Shown here: positions 26,381 to 41,520 of the stretch, one piece after another | Layout: every line of letters begins with the position of its first letter | Numbering within the stretch: position 1 is the stretch's first letter | Assembly (NCBI RefSeq): GCF_031769215.1 | Contig: NW_026782090.1 | Span: 124,001 to 188,000, forward strand | Source of the DNA: Ylistrum balloti | Taxonomy: Eukaryota | Length of the DNA: 64,000 nt | Direction: 5' to 3' | Translations under genes and position numbers: made by a program | Notes under the pieces: generated by a model | Databases searched by the model: none | Told to the model about the DNA's origin: nothing | The model's input: the letters and a program-made list of their open reading frames with translations, nothing else

Positions 26381-29300
26381 CTAAACACAAAAAGTTAGGC
26401 CAGAGATAGAAACAAGGCAGCAACATACACGAGAACCAGTATATGTTATACAGAGGGACCAGGACCGAGACACAAAACACAGAAACAAAGTAACGCCATA
26501 CTTAAAAACTCGAAATATAAAAACACAGAAACCGTATGTGTCAATTCTAGGAGGTAAACAGAAACAGGTACTGGCAATGAAAATGTGATAACGAAACCAT
26601 CCTATGGTGCAGATCCCCGATTAGGTGTAACCATACAGATAACATCATTCTAGAACAAAAAACGGTCTATTTTTAACCCACTTGTACATCACAATGTAAT
26701 TAACAACATCAAAGTCATCTCTTGTTCTACTTTATCAGAAAATCTAGTTCCATTTTCGTACCATGATATTTAAAGGGGTTGCCATGTTTTTTCTGACGTC
26801 AGCAAATCCTACCACAAATAAGTTACGGTATTGGATGGAATGAAAAGATGTATATAAAACATTATATTGCCATATTCTATATCGTCTTCGCAATGACTTC
26901 TGTTTTGTGGAACCCCATGAGAAGTCAGCAGGCGGTTTTAATCCAGGCCGGGTAATCTACAGATGATTGGAGGAGGTCGTAACATGGATGGTCGATAGTA
27001 TGGTACAGTTATTGGTCTCGGAAACGAGCACCTGAGATAGCCGTTAATGCTGCTTGTCGGACTTAAAATCTTATTAAACTGACAATCGCAGATGTGTATA
27101 TGTCTGACGGATGACGTTTGTATACAATTTATATCGGCTATAACTACTTGTCTTTCCAGCTTCATCAGCCCTTACCATCACCGACAGGCAAATCCACCGC
27201 CTCCTACAGACTAATAGCCCCTACTATTGTTACTGAACCTGTCACTTGTAACTTGATATATTTGTATAATCTCATAACTTTTTTATTTTCATCTATTTAT
27301 TTAATTATATATAATAAACTGAATGTTTCAGGACGGCTAATTGTCGATATACTTTAGACCTACCTGTGGTTTTGTGATTGAATTTCCCACAATATCCTAC
27401 AGTATAAAAGGCAGCAACAGAAGAGAGTAGAGTCTGGCTTTAAATGATCGTGTATGTGTACCTATCAGTATTCCCTTTCTGACTTCATGACAACCTGGTG
27501 TGATGTTTTAAATATCAGAAACATTATCTTCCTGTAATTGAACTGGACAACAGGAAATTATGTGCAAGCCTTACTGGCCTCGTAAACCCCTCAATAAAGC
27601 ATTAAAGCCTTCAAACGAAAATAGTTTTCTCAAAATACACAGCGCAGCGATTAAAAGTTCGAGAAAGAAAAGTTACAGGGATGAGTTTTGGTTTCAAGTA
27701 TTACAGAGAGTAGCCACGGAGACCAAGTCCCCCGCTGATAACTAAATGCCGTGCATGCGGAAGCAACTCCTCACGAGAGCTATAGAATATACTGTACATA
27801 TATACATACCGGTTCCTTTGCATTTTCACAATGCAAACTGGAACATCCAGCCCCAAGCATCGCCAGCGTGCCGTTTGGATTAAAATCCTTCCGTTAAGAA
27901 GGTCCACACACACAAAACAATGAAGGAATAACCTACACTGCTAATTATATCTCATTTCACAACAAAAACAACGTTACAACACATAAATAGCCATAGAGAA
28001 AGGCCGCGTATCCGTCCCGAGCGTCAACACTACAGCCTCAACTAGCTGTATACACAGCGCCCAGCCACTGAAACTGGCGGCTCCACGAGTATTGATTTTC
28101 AAAATGGCGGATTGAAAGAAGATCTTATATACTTCTTCCGAGGAAAGAATGGTGGAGTAGAAAGAGGCTGTTACACCTTCTGACAACACACACTGTATAC
28201 AGAGATCAGGACGTGTAGATTATCCCGGCACAATAGGCCTTCACGCCTTTGTTTCCTTTTTACATATGAGCGCTATTCATATGATCATGTGGGTATATGG
28301 GTATCAGATAGCCCTGAGTGAGTCGGCCTGTAGGCACTTGTGTAGCGTTTCCTCTCGTTCTACACTTGCCTTCATTAACTGAAACACGAATTGAACTCTA
28401 TAAGTAGCGTGACTTATGAACTAGGAACAATATCCGTGATTTCTGGCCTCTTTAAATCTTATAAGTGTGTGAGAAAGCTTGTTCTGTCCGTGTATATAGA
28501 TATATATATATATAGTGTGTGAAATCACTTGCTGTATTGATATAGACAATTGCATACAATGACATATTGTAAGTATTTTAAAGTACCAGCACAGAGAAGT
28601 ATTCACACTACAACCTATGTAATTGTATATAGGTGATTTATCGACACACAGGTACTTGTAGGTAATTATAATGTTAAGTGACTTAGTTACCAGTGTGCTT
28701 GATGTCAATATTATCTGTATGTGCAAGCAATATGACTGCCATCACGGCACCCATATTATCGCGACATTTCCAATCAGACGCATGTCAACAATTGTCACTG
28801 ACTTGTCTAGTTTTTTTTTCATTTTTCTTTTTTTTTTTCGTTTTTAGTTTCGAATAACATGGGTATCGTCCACGTCAATAGCTCCTTGCTATTGAAATTA
28901 AGTGTGAATTGACAGCATACGTAAGTCATTTTTCGTATGCACATACGCGTAACAAACAAAATGTTTTAGAAGACGTGTGTGTACAAGTAAATGTATCATT
29001 ATACAGAGAAACAATTTCTCCGGAGGTAAAATTTACTTCAGGATTCGTTCATCACAACGTTTGTTCTTGATTTTTGTGTGTGTCTAATTTACATAAGCAG
29101 CCCGCGGATAAATATGTTTCAATTTATTCGTAATCATCCGCTTTTATCAATACCACGGCGTGTGTTCACCGAACCGTAACCCATTGTGATTCAGAACTTG
29201 TACAACATATATATCTTATCGATATATAAATATAGGCCTTGTATTCAAGACTTTAAAAATCGATATTTAGCGAGAACTCATGGCGAGAGCACCTTGTGCG

Positions 29301-32300
29301 GTTAGGGAGCAGAGTTGGCATTTTAGCACGCCAACAACAATTACAAAGACGTATATTGTGTACTTACAATAGATATATACACAACAAAGACTGGTATTGA
29401 AAGCACGTTTACCAATATCGCATTCAAAATTTAAAATTCTGAAGAAATTTTGAAGTGTTACTGAATATTTATAAATTGGTTGTACATCTATCGCGAGCTT
29501 ATAGCCGCTATCTGTGCTTAGTTGCAGTGACAAGCCCCTCCCAACTCTTACATTCGCCCAACTCATATTAGATGTTAACCAAACCCGTCACGGTATATCT
29601 ACAGTAGTCAATATGGTTTCTGTTTGTATCTATCTAAACGCAATTATTCGAACTGCCAAATACTGAGGCACATTTCTTTATTAAACATTTATGAAACGTG
29701 AGTGTAAAAGTGTGAAAACCGTCACAAAAAATCGACAGAACGTACGAGGAAAAGACCGTCTGTCAGTGTCTATTGTAATATAGCCTATTTGATGGAGTAG
29801 GGTGACTAAGTGGAACGGAGAGGAGGGAGGTGGCACTGAAGCCAAACTGATGGTCAACGTGACCATCAGTAACATCCGGTGTACATATTTAAAATAGACG
29901 TTAACGATGCTGGAACATGTACGTAAGGGATTCACGCCTATCTCCTCTGTCTCTAATGAGATTTATTGTACCTATTGACCTCTATGTCGATGTGATGAAA
30001 ACGGAGACATTTCAAAATGGAGGGATTTCAGAATATGAGATGAAACAACTCCACTGTAAATTAAAAAGTATTTTTCTTAAATTTATTTCTGAGACAATGG
30101 CGAAAAAATAAATTGTAACCATAGCTCAACGAAGACTATCTCAGTAGTCAAATTTGTCCGAAGAATGTTCTAGCAATAGAGTGACGACTTGAGATCGTTC
30201 GATTGACGTGCGCTATGATAGTAACTGAAGCTGTGGTGTAGATTCTGATTAATTAGCACCATCAGGGTCACGATGTAGATCAGGGATGTTAATATCACAG
30301 TTAATTCTCTTGCACGGACGCCCGGACGGACGCTCAGGCCTGTTCCCGGAGCAAAACCAATGACATTACTGAGACTCGAGAGAAGACTACAGCAATATTA
30401 CCCAATAACGTGATGGACTGCTGAGACAGGTACGGGTGATTGGAGGAGACAAATGATAGAGAGCAGACTCGGTCAGAAGACTCTGTATCGATGCTGCTTT
30501 CTCCCATCCTGACTGATCATTCCAGTAATTGGTTTATGGTGCTGTATATCGATCAGATACTGTAATAGGTCGTGTAGAGACCCCGACATCTTAAGACACT
30601 CTATACACAAAGTAAAATCGGCCCTACTGGCACCATGTACCTTTACCGCAGACTTTGTCTGTGATATAATATAACCTTCCTATGTTGTCATCAATAGGTG
30701 AAAACAACAAAGTAAACACTTCCACACATTTTTTTGTTTTATTCACAAAATTTTGATTTTAGTCTCATTGCATACTGTTGATCAGAAAAGAGTACCACTC
30801 CTGTAAGATCCAAGGGTACATTGCCTACTCCTTTTGTATCTCTTTTTATTTAGTTGACTATCCGCGCACCTGTTTCGCTCTCTGGACGTGTTCTCATCAA
30901 TCATGATATGATTTCTGAAATTGGATGCTCTACTTTTAGTTTTTATACGAAATACGACTTTACTAAACGTCAATTTAATTACAGATTGTGCGTGTCACAG
31001 ATGTATACGCAAAATATCCAATATGTCCGACCGGAGATATATCAAAACTAATTAAGGAATGGAATCTAAAGCACATTGAACTTCCCATCTACGTGTCAGA
31101 AATAACACAAAAGTTCAACACATTCATGTTGCACATTTCTACAGAAAATAACACAAGAAATAGACATGTATTTTAAACACAGAAAACCGAAAAGATCTTT
31201 CGCAATAAACCTTCATTTTTAGTTACTTTTGAATTAAAAAAAAAATCTGCACATTCTCTTTCTCACGAATGTTTTATCCTCACGGGAGAAAACAAAATTT
31301 TTATCAATGGGATACGTTGGAGGTGTGCTAAATCATCTGCATGTCCCCAAAACACAGTGAAACATACACATGTGCCGTAGTGCATTCTGGCACGGTGTTC
31401 CCGAGAAGCCTTGGTCATTAAACACTGGTGTTGGTTGTATAATTCAATAGAACTCACACCCATCAAATGGTGAGGGTTAAATAACATAAAACGCGGGAAA
31501 TAAAATATCTCCAACCGAGTAATGTAATTTCCAACCAGAAGAGCACTCCCATGTGACTTAAGGATCACGTGACGTATGGGCAACTCACTTTTTACTGTTC
31601 CAGGGACACAATATTGGATCCAGTCGTTTCCCGGGTAACAATTTATAACGTGATAAATTCCCACCCATGGCTACATCATGTTGCTATGGTCGAAGTGGGT
31701 TATTCAGGTTTTCCCTCAAGAACAACTTTCAAAGATATAAAGCATCGTTTCCCGTTTCCGTTGGAGTGCAGTCACCAAAATAAATTCGAAATGTCATTGG
31801 ATCGAACAGGTTGTGTTCCTAGAAAGGATTGACAGCGCACAGTCAGGAAATAAATATCTAGAAAGGAATGGCAAGTTTAATTACCCGTTTCTCGTGCACC
31901 GATTTTGCATTTTTTTGTCCTGTTAGTGCCTCGGAATTTGACTAATTCCACGTGTAAATCAGTTTCTCTTGTATTCTTTTACAAACTCTAATCTATACAT
32001 AAATACAGATGGCTGCCCAATCCTTACCAATTCGGACTTTAGATACGCCAGTGTTAGCACGCTTCACACTGGTCTTGTGTCCGTTGAGGGTGACAGCGTA
32101 GTCATCTAAGCGTCACACTTAAACCTTTTACTGGTTGTGTTATGATAACTTCTATTCTGTTTGTAATGTTGTCATTACACACCAATTCCTTGTCCATGTT
32201 TCCTTAGGTCCTTTTACCAAAAGTTTAGACCTTTTGACAGCCTGCTTTGTTTGATCGCTGAACACATTGCTTTGTGAACAGCCAGATATAGAAGATGAGG

Positions 32301-32452
32301 AGGGAACTGCCAGCAGTATCTTCATCACTTATGATAATATCATATGGGCTGTTCATCGCATGCTATGTAGAGTATTTAGAGATAAAGAGTCGCATTCTGC
32401 AGTATACAACCACGACAGTACATAATTCTCCGTGATTTCTCCGAGAAACAAA

Positions 32453-32530
32453 TGCCCGGGTTGGGCTCGAACTACACACCTCGGAACTCCAAATGAGGTT
32501 GTTTCGCTAAAGCACTGCGGCGACCTCGGC
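32453..32530 (-). mobile_element. tRNA-like SINE head (A and B box remnants)
   Basis: Minus strand gtcgccgcagtgctttagcg (A-box-like) ... gtagttcgagcccaacccgggca (B box GTTCGAGCCC). No complete cloverleaf. Confidence 0.5.
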
Positions 32531-34842
32531 CTTAGTTTATTTCTGTCTCCAGTATTATCAGTTATAGTATACACTAAAGTAACTTAAGCCATTAAAGTAT
32601 TGAGGCCACATCGACCTAAGTTTTTCTGTTTCCAGTATTAGCATTGGTAGTTTATACCGCTGTCTGATACCAATCCCGATCTCGACACAACGCCATGTTG
32701 AAAAGAACACCATAAGATATAAAAAAAAAAGCACGTGTATTTTCTTTAAGGCAGGTCATTTGATTATTTGATTTGATTGTAAGTTTGACAACTTGTGACC
32801 AATCCTAGTGTATAAATTCGATACAAATAAAAAATATGTTTAAACTTAATTGATTTCTGAGAGAGTAACTAATACAAAGTTCCTTCACACAGCTTTAAAA
32901 CAATACCGATTAATCGATCGCATGTATACTTAATGACGATTTATTCTTAAAGGAATTAAACAAAAAACAGAGTTAGGAAGATAAATGACACACGTGAAAA
33001 GCAGCCGTTAAATTAACAATGGTGTTTGGTATTGATAATGAAGCAGATATCGATCTTACAACAGTGGCGGATTACCCGCACACTCAATATTGCCTGGTTT
33101 TGAACATACAATGTTGTGATCAGATTTACAATTGATCGAATTCCGATTTTGATTATAATTATATGTTTTAGTTGCCAGGCCTAAAGCACGTTCGTGGCAC
33201 GATCGCACGCGAAGAGGCTTGCTGTATCGAATAGACGTCAGGCCCTCTCCGGGAAATGAAGTATCAAATCAATGTCTACACTGACGTTATCATGATGGAT
33301 AATGTTGGTAGAGCTTTGTTAGTGTAGAGACGCTCGGTACCACATTATTGTATTGTACTGTCTAAAACATCAATATCTTCTAGTCTCTGCAGATACCAGT
33401 CAAATATACAAAGATTCAGCCGACATCATCCCCTTCTTATGAATGTATTTCCGTGCTTGTTTGTTGTTTCTAGTGTGCTCTAAACGTTCAGCCTTACATG
33501 TTCACAATCCCTCACCAATCATACCTAGGTGCTTCTTAACTACAAAATGAAGATAAAAATATTTCTCCTATTTTTACAATAAACCAAGTTACATTTTTCG
33601 CTGTACATTAGTCTATTATGATCTTAAATACTTATATTTCAGGTGTGTGTAATGCAATGTTTAAAAAAAAAACACACACACGAAGCAAATTAGCCAAACT
33701 AATGTCACATCCAAATAACAGCAGCCAACAGAAATTACGATGATATATACTTTCTACTGTAGACACAGTACAGTGCGATTTGCAGCCGAGAAAATATCAA
33801 TATTTTCTAATCAATTTTCAGTATCGCGAGGTCTCGAGGACCAACGTAATCCAGTTAGTAATCATCTTCTAATTTGCGCGAGAAAAAAGAGGTAAGTCGG
33901 AATCATAATTCTCGCAGCTTAGGAAACGAACCCCCTGTATACGGAAACAGTCGCGTGTATTTTCCCGGGAAAATCTGTATTGATAGAAAACATTTGCAGT
34001 AGGTAGAATTAGTCCGCGGTAAGAAAGGATTAGACTGGCTGTAGAAACAAGGTATGTTAGTGTTCAACTTCCACAGGTGTGCTCAGGTACAACACGACTA
34101 CTACATTTATCGATGTTTGTTTCACCTGGGGTTACATGTCAGGACCGGCTGCCGAGTTATTAAAATCATGTTTAGTATCAGATTTGTGTACGCTTGGCAA
34201 TTTCTTGGAATACACAATTGTATGATAGGGTTACTTCAGTAACGTCTATGACAAGGGCGGGATATGGTGTTGCTGAAAAAGGTTTGATAAATATTATGTT
34301 GACAAATATAACCTTTCTGATTTAATATGAAATAGTAACTATACTTTAACAAACAGTGACACGTAGATAAAGCATGACAGATTCCAAACTCGCTCCTGAA
34401 AGGTGTTCATCACCTGCCATGCTCCGACCCTCCCTGTCTCACACGCCGTATCAATAAAAGGAATTAGATTGATATTTCTAATTCACTGAGTGTTACAAAC
34501 GTTGAAAAAGCACCAGCGTAGAACAGGTTACAGCTTTTTATTTCCCGCCATCTGATACACTGTACAATGATATCTAGAAAATCTATCTCACGTCTCACCG
34601 ACTACACGTAACACGTGGCTGTAGATCGAACAGGATACTCTCGCTTTGTGATTGATGTACAAGTCATTTTTTTCTGATTACAGTATCTATAGAAAATCTT
34701 ATTGAAATATTTTATATAAATCTCCCGTACCTACGAATGCTTCAGTGTAATAGAATATGTATCTAATGCATCTTCAGTCGAAATGACAAAAGATAGCTAC
34801 GAATTGATAATATAGCTTTAAGATGAATAAACTCTCATGACT

Positions 34843-35328
34843 AAAAAATGTGTCATCTTCATCACCACCGTGTCAAAAAGGTGTCCTCTTCAGTACCATC
34901 GAATAAAAAAATGAGTCACCTTCAGTACCATCGAATCAAAAAATAGGTTAATCTTCAGCACCATCAAGTCAAAAATGAGTCATATTCAGCACCATAGAGT
35001 CAAAAATGTGTCATCTTCAACACCATAGAGTAAAAAATGTGTCCTCTTTAGTACCACCGAGTCAAAAATGTGTCCTCTTTAGCACCACCGAGTCAAAAAT
35101 GTGTCATCTTCAGCACCATCGAGTCAAAAATGTGTCTTCAGCACCACCGAGTCAAAAATATGTCACCTTCAGCACCATCGAGTAAAAAATGTGTCATCTT
35201 CAGAACCATCGAGTAAAAAATGTGTCCTCTTTAGCACCATAGAGTAAAAAATGTGTCCTTTTAAGCACCATCGAGTCAAAAATGTGTCCTCTTTAGCATC
35301 ATCGAGTCAAAAATGTGTCATGTTCAAC
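34843..35328. repeat. ~31-bp minisatellite (~15 copies)
   Basis: Unit gtgtcatcttcagcaccatcgagtcaaaaat with shorter variants; edges degenerate. Confidence 0.95.
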
Positions 35329-38300
35329 CTGCTCACCATCAAATCTATTGACCTCTAAATGTGTGACCTTCAACTCTACTGACCTCCACATACTTCACCT
35401 TTAAACATTTAGTGACATACTTCCTTTTCTTTAACAAACTATTTGTACAGTAAATTATATAAGACTTTATAAAGATGAGGCCAATACAGTACCTCGCATG
35501 TTTTACGTTTCATTCCCCATCAGTAATGAAGAGACATTCTAACATTTTACTAGTAGTATGACGATAGATTCTACAACTCTCTATTAGTTCGACGACGCTC
35601 AGTATATAGACTGAAAGTAATGCATTGTCCAGTAATGAATTGAAATCCCAAACAAACAAACACCAGATAAGTGTGCATAATTCTGAAACCAGAGAAGAGA
35701 ACCAAGTACCTCAAGCGTGGGAATGGGTAGAGTGAAAGTGCCGGGCAAGATTCCTAACAAGTAGTCACACATTAGTCGCCTCATGTGACAGCCAGGTGCT
35801 GGGGTATTATTTCTTCAGTGTCCTATTTGTAGGGGTATCTCAAACAGTCATTCTAGTATTGACATTCGCGAACATCACAGAGATCTTCATTTATTGTTCT
35901 TTTCATTTTTTTCTCTCTCAGTAGGACGAAGTCACGTGACTATCTCATAGTGTTAGATCTATAAACAATCGGAGGTAGCGTGGTGGTTATGACATAATCA
36001 GGCAGTAGGTAAAGTTACATTCTTAAGTCAGAAGTCTTATCGGATTCTTCGTCCACGATATGTCTCCTATCATCAAAAAGATCGCGTCTTATCATAACTC
36101 TAGCGTACACACACTGCGTGTCTACGCCATCACTGCTGTATTGCACGGGGTAGCTATCTTGGCGTGAATAGAGAATGCACGATAGGGACTTGATATTTTC
36201 TATTCTTTTTGAAACGTTTCCGAATCCACAGCCTATCAAGTTAAAATTTATGACAGCTTTATCATGCTTTTGTAAATTATGTCTTTTTTCATCAGTTTTA
36301 GTCGATAACTGAATAGTTACGCAACTTCAAACAAATAATTCGAACATTCGCCTTTTAGCGATGGAGAAATCTTTCCAAATAGATCGTTATGTTTCCGTAT
36401 CATCATACGTGGAAAAGTCCTATTCATCTCACTTTTCAACTTCTAATCAAGGTTACTTAACACCTTTTAATAGTTTCGATAAAAGATTCAGACTTCGATA
36501 GTGTAAAATATTTTTCTAGTTTCTTTTAGATTCAAAATGTCATCTTTATCATTCCTGGGGATCAGTTTTCACGTCACCTGTCTTGATCCACGTCTTGATG
36601 ATATAAACGATTGGCGTCCCATCAGTTAGCGCTGCCTTCCTTTCTATAAACATTTTATCGGATTTATGTTTTTTTATCTACGGTAGTATCAGATTTCTTC
36701 CTTAGAGTAAAGGTAACCCTGGTAGATTTAAGAACTTGCAAAGGAATGACTCACACAATTGATAAAAGATGTATCATACTTCCACTGTAACAGTATACTG
36801 TCTAACTATCGTACAATATATATATATAGTATCTCCAAAATCACTCTATTTTCAAAATTTTTATTTTTTCAAATAAAAATACGCCAAGGCCTTCTGCCAT
36901 TTAATAAAAATTAGTTTTAGCTCAGTATAACTATCGGGGTATCAGTGCATTCCAAAGAAATGTTTGTTAACGGGACAGACTTACAAATCGGTTGGCCTTA
37001 CATGTCAAGAACGATAAACACCAAGGAAAGACAATGAACGGATCAATACGAAGCAGGCCAGTACAGGTTATCTCCCTTCGATCAACACTGACTTAAACAA
37101 ATCTCTTACGATAGCGATAGTAAACTTCAGTACCAAATATGAAAAGAAATTCTGTTTGAAGTATTCAATAAAATCCAAGTACAAATGGAATAGACCAAAT
37201 GATAAACACAACTTAATAAGATTCTGAGGGTTAAGTTTGATAAACTTCGTACAAGTTTCACATTTTCTGTACTGTATATCCGGTTTACAGCACGGTCAAG
37301 TCGACAGCAGGAAAGGAATTCGTAATAACATTATTTCAATTTCTTGTCAATCTTATCTCGAATTTAAGCGGATGACAATCAAACCTCTGACAACAGAAGA
37401 TAATAGGGGACTTGGCGATGAGTATTCGGACAAAGCCTTTGTGAGATTATTTCTAATCAAATGACACTGACTCATATTTATATAGACGTAGGAAGAAAAT
37501 TAAATTTTCTATCTTGGACAAAACTTGTTGTTACAATCTATAGTATACATTCCTGAGCTACAGGTGTAGGCTGAGTACTTTATCACTGTATCCGTCAGAC
37601 TTTCCGTCCCAACGTAAGCTTTACATGTTCCTTCACTAACACATAACACAAAAACAGACCATGGTTTCCCTGTTTAACTTATCTTGAAATTAATCACTTT
37701 TCAAAAATCAATTTTAGTTTTTCTCGTTGATTAGATATGTTTTAGATCCAGTTCATTTCATCCTTTTTTAAGCTGACTAGTAATGAGACTTGACGATAAG
37801 CATGAGCCTTACTCTGTGTGATCATGTGCTCTATTCAACCCGATGTTTAATCACCTTTAATTGTAGGTCCCGAGGGCCGACGCGTTTATACGGAAACCCA
37901 ACAGTGCAACTAAAGATAAATATATATCATACAGTGTTATTTATGTCCAGTACAAGCTTCCCTAAACAGATGTAGTTGGTATGTCTAAATGAGCCCAAGT
38001 GTATCCTGTCGCTAGCCACACTTGAACCTTCGTCGTTTGATGTGTAAAAGAGCACACGATTAATGCATTGCGACGGTGATATCACGTGACACTCTTTACA
38101 TGCACATCGCTGTACATGAATGTTGTTGATAAAAAAGGGACGACCAGCTGTGAAGGCGGTTTCCTATTTCGTCTGTAATGTTTTATATTCCTTAGTGATG
38201 TTAAACAAGGAAAAGATAACATTTAACACGTGTTTAAATATTATGTTTCAGGGTGTATAACAAAACCAGGCAAATGTACTCGAAGTTAAACTCAACTACA

Positions 38301-40220
38301 AAAGACGATATATTATGTAAATTACTCTATAAATAGAAACAGAATGACTTAGTGACAAATATATAAATAGATTTTATCAAATTAGTGATTATGAGATTTA
38401 AACTTAGACACAGTGCAGCCGTGTGCTAATCATCACTTATCTACATGTAATTGATAGAGAGAAACAGAATTAAGATATGTTTTCCCATGAAATACATACA
38501 CATTTATATTGTAGCAGCAATTCTAGGATAGTCATGTAAATTTAGGATTGTCACGACATGGAGGTATTAAAAAATAATGTAACCACAAACGTGAAAAATG
38601 CCGTTATTAGCAACAAGAAAAAAGTGTTCTTTCACAAGCGGTAACTCTATTTTCAATATATTTCACTCAATTTGGTATGATCTCGTATGCTAGTCAAGGT
38701 TATTCACACCGACGACCTCATTGTCCAGTCATTCGTCTTGGCATCAGAATCCTTTGGATGACATTTGAAAAGACAAACTTCAGTTTGTATAAACGACAAG
38801 CAAGTGAAAAACATCTTTTGATACAAATAATTATATGTCAGAACAGCATCACATAGCTTTTTTGACCCTACTGGACTCGTCGGTGATGCTAAAGACTTTA
38901 AGTGTTGAAACCGAGGAGGTGAATGACGGAAAACAAAGTTGGTCGAGATAGATGTCTAAAACCAAGAGGTGCAGCAACCCCAGAATAAGATCAATGTCAG
39001 CATCACAGTCACGTGTATACGTTCTTAGCCGTGGCAGTATTAAAATGGCTGAAAACGAGGCAGACAGGTAACGGCAAACCTCTGGGACTTCAGTCCACTA
39101 GCAGAGTCGACCAAACTCTGGTAATTCTCTTGTTATCAGAGGTTGTATTGTTCAATTTTTTAAAGATCATAAAACTAGAAAAAAAAGTTATCATTCGAAC
39201 AAACTCGATTTTACTTCATCCTAGAAAGTAGGTCACCATTTTTTATTGCCGCACAGGTTGTAGTTTTCAAACTGACGAAAATGTCAGAAGTTCAAATGAA
39301 GGGACTCAACGCAATCTCGTTCGCTCATCGACATCTTAAAGTTCAATGCATTTTGTCAACGTGTCTCTCTTTCAATTACTTTCTATTTTTTCTATAACTT
39401 AAAAAAATCAAACGCAGTCGCTTTCATAGCTCGCAAACCAATCTTTCAAAATAAACCATGCTACAGACATACTGATCCATTATTCAAATGAATGTGATCC
39501 CTTGGTGTCTCCAACTGTCTGAACCAATAGCTATGGGCGTTACATCATGATAATGGAAGTTATATCACGTTAATTCGACCCCTGTGATTGGTTCAGTACA
39601 AATTATTTATTGTCTAGATTGTCTGAGAGCTTTGATATACAGGAAAGTATTCCGAAAGACTGTGATTAGAAGAACACCACAGCACCAGACCGTGCAGACA
39701 TAGATCAGAATCTCCGATCCCATTGTCGGTCCATGTTGATGTAACCTCATCAGTTTGCCTGAAGGTTCGAGATTGATTTTACCATTCTCATATCGAAAAA
39801 TAATATAATTTCCGCAAAATTATGGCACACTGAGAAAGCTGAATTAAAATATCACATAATGTTTACAGGTTTATTTCTTTCCGGTATATCATTGAATTCC
39901 ATAACTATAAATGCGAGACAAAATAATAAACGTTACAAGCAGGGTAAGTTTCCTGTATTCTCTGGTAGCATTTGTAATGTCTCAGAATCGTATGTACAAC
40001 AAAAGTTACTATAACTAAAAGAAGTGGACGGCTGAGACGCATGTTTATTGACCACACAAATAAGACAATAAGCCTTATATAATATAAATTTCATCTTTTA
40101 CAGTATTAAATATGGCCAAATAAACGATATCCAAAAAAGACAATTCAAAACGAACACAAAGGTGAAGATAATGTTCCGAAACAGTAAACATCTTTGCCGG
40201 TCTTCTATGACGACAGAAAC

Positions 40221-40275
40221 AATTAACACCATCATAATTGACAATTTACACCATCATAATTGACAATTAACACCA
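40221..40275. repeat. 22-bp tandem repeat x2.5
   Basis: aattaacaccatcataattgac repeated. Confidence 0.85.
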
Positions 40276-41520
40276 GTAACACCATTATGATAGAATGTTT
40301 ATAACATCTCTAACTAGAAGCTTTGTATCGACAGAAAGCCGTTACTTGTTTAGTGAATTTGCCTAATACCAAAGCTATGATCACTAAAGGTACATTTGGT
40401 TGCACGGAATGCAAGGTGATTAGAAGAAAAAAATCTATATTTTTGTTTAATCACGTATTTGCACGAACCTGCATTTTATTTCTTTTTTATCTTATATTGG
40501 TTTTCTGTCTAACGCCGAGTTTATTCGGATGGTTTTTCCTTCTTGTCTGTACAGAAAGTGTTTGTACGTCTAAATATAGACGTATTTTCAGCTCCGATCC
40601 CGGGAGAATGATGGACGATCTGTGTGCTGTGGTCTGTTGCCTGTCTGAAGTAATTTATACTGACTTTCAGGGATAATTTTCCAATACTATCAAAATACTG
40701 GCAAGAGACCTCCTAGCTCCTGATGGATCGAGTGAGAGAGGTTCCGGTTTGTTGCCGGAAACTCGACACTATTCTTGTTTAGACTTTTGGGAATTGACCT
40801 CTTAGCAATATCTCATAGCAATAAAAATATTGGCAGAATGCTGAGATAGATGGACTAAAATTCTTCTAGTATCCGAGATAAAATGCCTCTGTGAGTGACC
40901 TGTGAACCAACATATCTATGAATGCTTCGTGTTAGGCCAAAAACTACCATGGAAATATGTCCAGAAACTGCAAACAGATCCAGTGTACAAGATATGTTCT
41001 ATAAGGAAACACATTTCAAAAGTTTTTAAAACACGTGCCCGATAGGCAGGCGCACACCTTCCCTTTGAATGTATTCCACCGCCAACAAAAAAAACAACAT
41101 CCAACCTTTAGATATGGTTCATGTGGTCTATACCATAGCAGCGGAATCGAATTGATCATATCATTTGAATTTTGCTGCTGGTCACGAAAGGAAAGAAAGT
41201 AAATAATTCTATTTTGCAAATCACCGTCTGAGTATATTTGTTATAATATTTCAAAAATGTCAGGTATGCTACTAAAAATTTCTTGATAATTACGTGATAA
41301 TTACCAGACAATTGACGAGAATAAAATTGTAAAACTTTCGACTTAGATTTTATCAAAATCGTCGCGCGGATAAATAAAGTAGCTTTACTTGTGTATGGTG
41401 TGTTTCGGGCCTAAAGCGCCTTCATTTCTATACAGTATCTAATGACAATGAAATTAAATATAAGCCAGAAATAGCCAATATGAAAACACCAGTAGTTCGA
41501 TCACCATGGTTACTTATTCA

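Noticed and set aside
26103-26480. Phe/Val/Cys-rich ORFs as membrane proteins
   Set aside because: They are translations of the T-rich strand of the 22/44-bp repeat.
31263-31664. 133-aa ORF containing CYPGNDWIQYCVPG as a TNFR-like exon
   Set aside because: The Cys spacing does not fit a CRD, there is no credible acceptor, and the rest of the ORF has no recognisable motif.
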